Shown: one piece after another, positions 59,481-64,000 of the stretch
Layout of the letters: each line of letters opens with the position of its first letter
How positions within the stretch are numbered: the first letter of the stretch is position 1
Assembly: GCF_009834535.1 (NCBI RefSeq)
Contig: NC_045712.1
Location: 24,986,001 to 25,050,000 of the forward strand
DNA length: 64,000 nucleotides
Reading direction: 5' to 3'
Source of the DNA: Camelus ferus
Taxonomy: Eukaryota
Made by a program: the position numbers and the translations under genes
Notes under the pieces: model-generated
What the model was told of the DNA's origin: nothing
Databases searched by the model: none
Seen by the model: only the letters and a program-made list of their open reading frames with translations

Positions 59481-59967
59481 TGTTACCGAACCAAATTTGG
59501 GTCTGTCCGCGTGCAGTAAAGCCAATCTACTGACACTGGGTTGTAGTATAGGAAAAAGCAGCGTTTATTGTAAGGTGCTACAGGGAGAACACATGGCTCG
59601 TGCTCAGAAACCCAGAACTCCCCAAAAAGTTTCAGTGAAACATTTTTAAAGGCAAGATGAGGGAGAGCATGCCAGGATATGTAAAAAACTGCACAGTTAT
59701 CTGATTGCTTGATGGTGAGGTAACAGGGTGGTTGTCACGGGGATTTCACTTTATCAGTTCTCAGGTGCCAGTAGGTCTGGAGGCTATGGTGCTCATGATC
59801 ATCAATTAGTTAACTTCGTCCATTTGGTGGTGGTTTTAGCACCTTAAAACAATTGAGGCAATGTTCATCAAATACCATTATCTAGGTACTTAAGAGAGAA
59901 GCTACAGCAGAGAATATGGGGGAGGGGCCTGTCCCAGGAAGGCCTCATAGGGTCCTGCTCCGTTACA
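59481..59967 (-). mobile_element. Solo ERV1-class LTR (487 bp) in IFRD2 intron 1
   Basis: Termini TGTTACCGAACC...GCTCCGTTACA (TG...CA with short inverted ends); 4-bp TSD AGGG at 59477-59480 and 59968-59971; minus-strand AATAAA at 59564-59569 and TATA-like CTTTAAAAA near 59643-59651. Confidence 0.85.
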
Positions 59968-60729
59968 AGGGGACATTGAAGAGGGTGGCAACGCTCCAGA
60001 AGGACTAGTGCTGGGGGACAAGTTCACTGAGTGGTGACAGCCCCAGATAGGAACCAAGGAAGCCTCAAGAGAGGGGTTCTTGGGTGAGTCCTGAGAAGGT
60101 TAAGAGGAGAGCGCCATATAGAGGCCACAAGCTGGGCAAGGGCCTGACATCTGGAGGGGCCATGGCACAGTGGACCAGATGAGGGAAAGTTGGGTCTCTG
60201 GTTTGTAGGGTAGTGAGAGAGGAGGTGAGCAGAGGCCAGTGTGTGTGTGTGCGCTGGACTTTGTCTGGCAGGCACAGGGAGTATGTACATAGTTCCTGGA
60301 AGTAGGGCCAGCCTGGTGACCAGAACATGTCTGGAGCTCCACTACAGTAGCTGCCCTTGCCAAAGTCAGTCCCTGACCCTGGGCAGAACCCACTCACATA
60401 AGTGGTCCAGCTCTGCTGACCCTGAAATTGCCCTGTGTTCACCTGTTTTCAGGGGCTCATGCAGTCAGGGGCCACTCAGCTCTCTGCACTTCCCAGGGTC
60501 AGAAGGAGCCTGTGTGTCCATCCACCTGGGGCTGAAGGCCTGGGATGGACCAGGGGGTGCTCAGAAGCCAGTATGCTTGAAGCCTGGGGCACCCACCTGC
60601 ATCCACTAGGAGCTGGGCCTTTGCCGCCAGGGCTGGTGGGTGACCTGGTGAGCTTGTTGGTCCACAGAAGAGCCATTAGTAGTCACTTGTTTAGTCATTA
60701 CCTTCACTTGCCTTGCCCCAAAGAGGTCT

Positions 60730-60835
60730 TCTTTGCAGATGGAGAAATTGAGGCTTTGAAGACTAGGAACCTGACCTGTTTACACTCCTGTTAGGATGTG
60801 TAGCTGGGATTTGAACCCTGAGTCTGTTTGACTGT
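60730..60835 (-). mobile_element. MIR fragment in IFRD2 intron 1
   Basis: TTTGCAGATGGAGAAATTGAGGC...GCTGGGATTTGAACCC. Confidence 0.6.
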
Positions 60836-61855
60836 TTTAAGTCCCCGACCCTTGCCCTGGCCATTTTGGGGCATCCAAAGGCTCCTCCAGGATCTGCCTG
60901 GATATGCCCCCACCCTAGGCTGGGCTGCTGGCCTAAGTGGGGCCTATGCAGCCCCCTCTCCCTTGGCCCAGTATCCTAGGTATCCTTAAAGCAGTCCGGT
61001 CAAGATGGCAGAGTAATAGGACATAGGTCATATGGCAGCTATGCTACCTTAAAAAGTTGCATGTGAATTAATTTTAGTTCACATGAAACTTTTCAAACCT
61101 TGAGGCTTCCTTATCTGATGATTTTCCATATGTGGTATTTGAAAACCAGGAGCAACCAGAGTCCTAGCTAAGTGATTTTAATTTCTGGGAGCAGCAAGTA
61201 CTGCTTTTGGTGGAATATTCATCCCTTAAATCCACCCTCCTGTTAAAAATCATTTCCACACTGTGTGTTCATAGTTCTGTATGGCATGTTCCATTTCATT
61301 TCATCGTTGACTTCTTGTGCCAGTGTTCAGTGACTGATTTCTTTGTAGCCGAGAACTTGATTATCAGCATCCTCTTTTATAGCTTCTTAAGTCTCTTAAA
61401 GAATAAAGTTGATTCATATGGACCTGCTAAAATAGTATTTTCTGGATGTAAGGTAAGGTGAGTATTTAAGATGAATGAAACTTTCGTGTTGGAGTCGGTT
61501 GAAGTGAGAAATTAACTCTTTAAATACTGCTTCTTTAAGAAGGCATTTTATGAAAAATTTTGTGTGTCTTTTGTTTTTAGCTTACTGTATTTTTTTCTAG
61601 TTTGTTGATAGAGAAAACCAGTATATAGTATTCCTCTTGCTGTCTTCCAGTGGTAGTTTAAACACAGATTTATTCCCCCTCAGGTGATCGGTTTGCTGTG
61701 TTAGATTTTTGTTTTCTTTTAAAATAACTCTTATTGAAGTATAAAATATATATAAAGTATACATAATGTGAACATTTTTACACATGTACACACCTAACCC
61801 AGATAAAACCACCACCTAGATAACAAATTAGAACATTTATATAATTTCACTTCTA

Positions 61856-62467
61856 AAAAATAGACTTTATTTTTTAGTACAGTGTTAGGTTCGTAGCAAA
61901 ATTGAATGGGAAGTACAGATTTCCCATATACCCGTTGCTCCCACCCATACATATCAGCATTCCACAGCAGAGGTACATTTGTTAACAGTTGGTGAGCCTA
62001 CATTGACATGTCATTACCACCCAAAGTCTGTAGTTTATGCTAGGGTTCACTCTTTGTGTTGTATGTTACGAGTTTTGCCAAATGTATAATGGCTCCACCA
62101 TTATAGTATCATACAGAATAGTTTCGCTGTTCAAAAAATTCTCTGTGCTTCTATTCATCCCTTCCTCTTCCCCAACCCCTAGCAATCACGAATCTTTACT
62201 GTTGCCATAGTTTTGCCTTTGCTAGATTGTCATGTAGTTAGAATCATACAGTATGTAGCCTTTTAGATTGGCTACTTTTACTAAGTAATACACATTTAAG
62301 GTCTTTTCCTGTCTTTACAGGGCTTGATAGCTCATTTCTTTTTACTGCTCAATAATATTACATTGTCTGCATATACCACAGTTTGTTTATCCATTCACTT
62401 ATTGAAGGACATCTTGGTTACTTCCAAGTGTTGACAATTATCAATAAAGCTACTATAAATCTCCATG
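61856..62467 (-). mobile_element. Old L1 (L1MA/L1MB-like) 3' end
   Basis: Typical antisense L1 3' UTR text (CATTGACATGTCATTACCACCCAAAGTC; GTTTGTTTATCCATTCAC...GAAGGACATCTTGG). Subfamily is approximate. Confidence 0.75.
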
Positions 62468-62478
62468 TAATATAATTT

Positions 62479-62638
62479 TTAAAAATTAAAAAAAATTTTG
62501 TACAATTTATGTTTATTTATTTTGGGGGGCATAATTAGGTTTATTTATTTATTTTTAATGGAGGTACTGGAGATTGAACCCAGGACCTTCTGCATGCTGA
62601 GCAAGTGGTCTGCCACTGAGCTGTACCCTCCACCCCCT
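62479..62638 (-). mobile_element. tRNA-derived SINE, camelid Vic-1 type
   Basis: Reverse complement of the same head and body as the copy at 31422; direct repeat TAATATAATTT at 62468-62478 and 62639-62649 (TSD). Confidence 0.85.
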
Positions 62639-63110
62639 TAATATAATTTGTTTTTTATACAAAATGTATCTTGATGCTAGTGTTTTTCTAGAATGAAAGC
62701 TCACTCTTTTTAAAGAAGAGTAATACGGCATTTAATATTTGTCATGAATTCAGACAGATGTTTAGATTCAGAAACTGTTATAAAGTGGGCCAGATAAAGC
62801 TTTTCCTTTTTCTGCTTTAGCTTTGATCTGATTAACTTCTCTGTGCTTTAGTTTCCTCATCTTTTAAATGTAGACAACTTTTCCTTTCCTCCCTCTAAGC
62901 TTTGCACCCTGGCATGATACCTGGGAAATTGGGCTTTAAGTAGGTAATTATTTTACATGGGAAAGTGTAAGCTGTGCTGTGAATAAGCCTTATTGCTGTA
63001 TTGGGGTCCTTACTGAAATACTGGCCCTGTGGGCTGCTGAATGTCTACATCTTAGCGTTCTTTGTAAAACTTCTTGATGGTAAATATCCTTATCAAGAAT
63101 CTGATGGTGG

Positions 63111-63476
63111 TGTGGGAAGGGATAACTTGGGAGTTTGAGATTTGGAGATACTAATATATATAAAATACATAAACAAGTTCATACTATATAGCACAGGGAA
63201 CTATATTCAGTATCTTGTAATTTATGATGAAAAAGAATCTGAAAACTACATGTATGTTTGTGTATGACTGAAGCATTATGCTGTACACCAGAAATTGACA
63301 ATACACTGTAAACTCACTGTACTTCAATGGAAATATATACATATAAAAAAAGAATATGAAAAGGAATATATATATACACATATATATGTATAACTGAATC
63401 ATGCTGTATGCCACAATTAACACAGCATTGTAAACTGACTATACTTGAATCAAATAAAAAATATAAACAATGCAAA
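63111..63476 (+). mobile_element. 5'-truncated cetartiodactyl-type L1 3' end
   Basis: GGGAGTTTGAGATT...TATAGCACAGGGAACTATATTCAGTATCTTGTAAT, an internally repeated terminal segment and an A tail; TSD AAGAATCTGATGGTGG (63095-63110) vs AAAAATCTGAGGGTGG (63477-63492), 2 mismatches. Confidence 0.8.
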
Positions 63477-63639
63477 AAAAATCTGAGGGTGGATAAGAAA
63501 AGTCTTATATCATGAGTTACTTTTGGGTAAATGCACTTAGAGGTAAAAAAAAAATCAAAAACACTTTCCTTTAAAGATTTTATTTTTTCAAGTATAAGAC
63601 TATAGTTAAGGTCATACCCATTGAACATAGCAGGTTACT

Positions 63640-64000
63640 TTTTATTTTAATTCCAGTGTGATCAATTGATTAACTGAAGTACAGTCAGTTACAATGTGTC
63701 AGTTTCTTGTGTAGAGCACAATATCCAAGTCATGCGTATACATACATACATTCACCTTCATATTCTATTTCATTAAATGTTATTATGACATACTAAATAT
63801 AGTACCCTGTGCTATAAACAAGAAACTTCCTTTGTTTTTTTTAATCTATTTTTATGTATAGTGGCTAACATTTGCAAATCTAAAACTCCCAAATTTATCC
63901 CTTCCCATCCCCTTTGCCTGGTAACCATAAGATTGTTTACAGTGTCTGCGAGTCTGTTTCTATTTTGTAGTTTAGTTCAATAGTGTCCTCTTTTATTCTT
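63640..64000 (-). mobile_element. L1 3' end, antisense, runs off the window
   Basis: Reverse complement resembles the 63111 copy (ATATAGTACCCTGTGCTATA; AACTCCCAAATTTATCCCTTCCC). Confidence 0.75.

Noticed and set aside
60995-61016. CCGGTCAAGATGGCAGAGT, resembling an L1 5' end or a retrocopy start at the junction
   Set aside because: The similarity is too short and I could not extend it into L1 or coding sequence; it needs a Dfam/BLAST search.

Overview
Mammalian genomic DNA, probably camelid (two Vic-1-type tRNA-derived SINEs), orthologous to the human 3p21.3 gene cluster. In order: 3' exons of CACNA2D2 (+), TMEM115 (+), CYB561D2 (-), NPRL2 (+), ZMYND10 (+), RASSF1 A and C isoforms (+), TUSC2 (+), HYAL2 (+), HYAL1 (+), NAA80 nested in HYAL3 intron 1 (+), HYAL3 (+), and the first exon of IFRD2 (+). 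Exon chains were rebuilt by hand from GT-AG sites and reading frame; gene names rest on my recall of the human and bovine proteins, not on a database search. Five N-gaps each fall where a coding exon is expected. Main anomalies: (1) IFRD2 stops after exon 1; an acceptor-like site near 60,979 is followed by unrelated AT-rich, L1-rich DNA, so this is a breakpoint, a greatly expanded intron or a mis-join. (2) NAA80 has no usable in-frame AUG upstream of its catalytic domain. (3) HYAL1 has an upstream AUG that is an N-terminal extension when a 489-nt intron is spliced and a uORF when it is retained. (4) The HYAL2 penultimate exon is 84 nt, against 90 nt in both paralogs. (5) IFRD2 has a uORF ending Pro-Pro-Gly-Ala-stop. 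No CRISPR arrays, rRNA or true tRNA genes were found. I found no evidence of a wholly new biological system; the findings are lineage-specific variations on a known locus.
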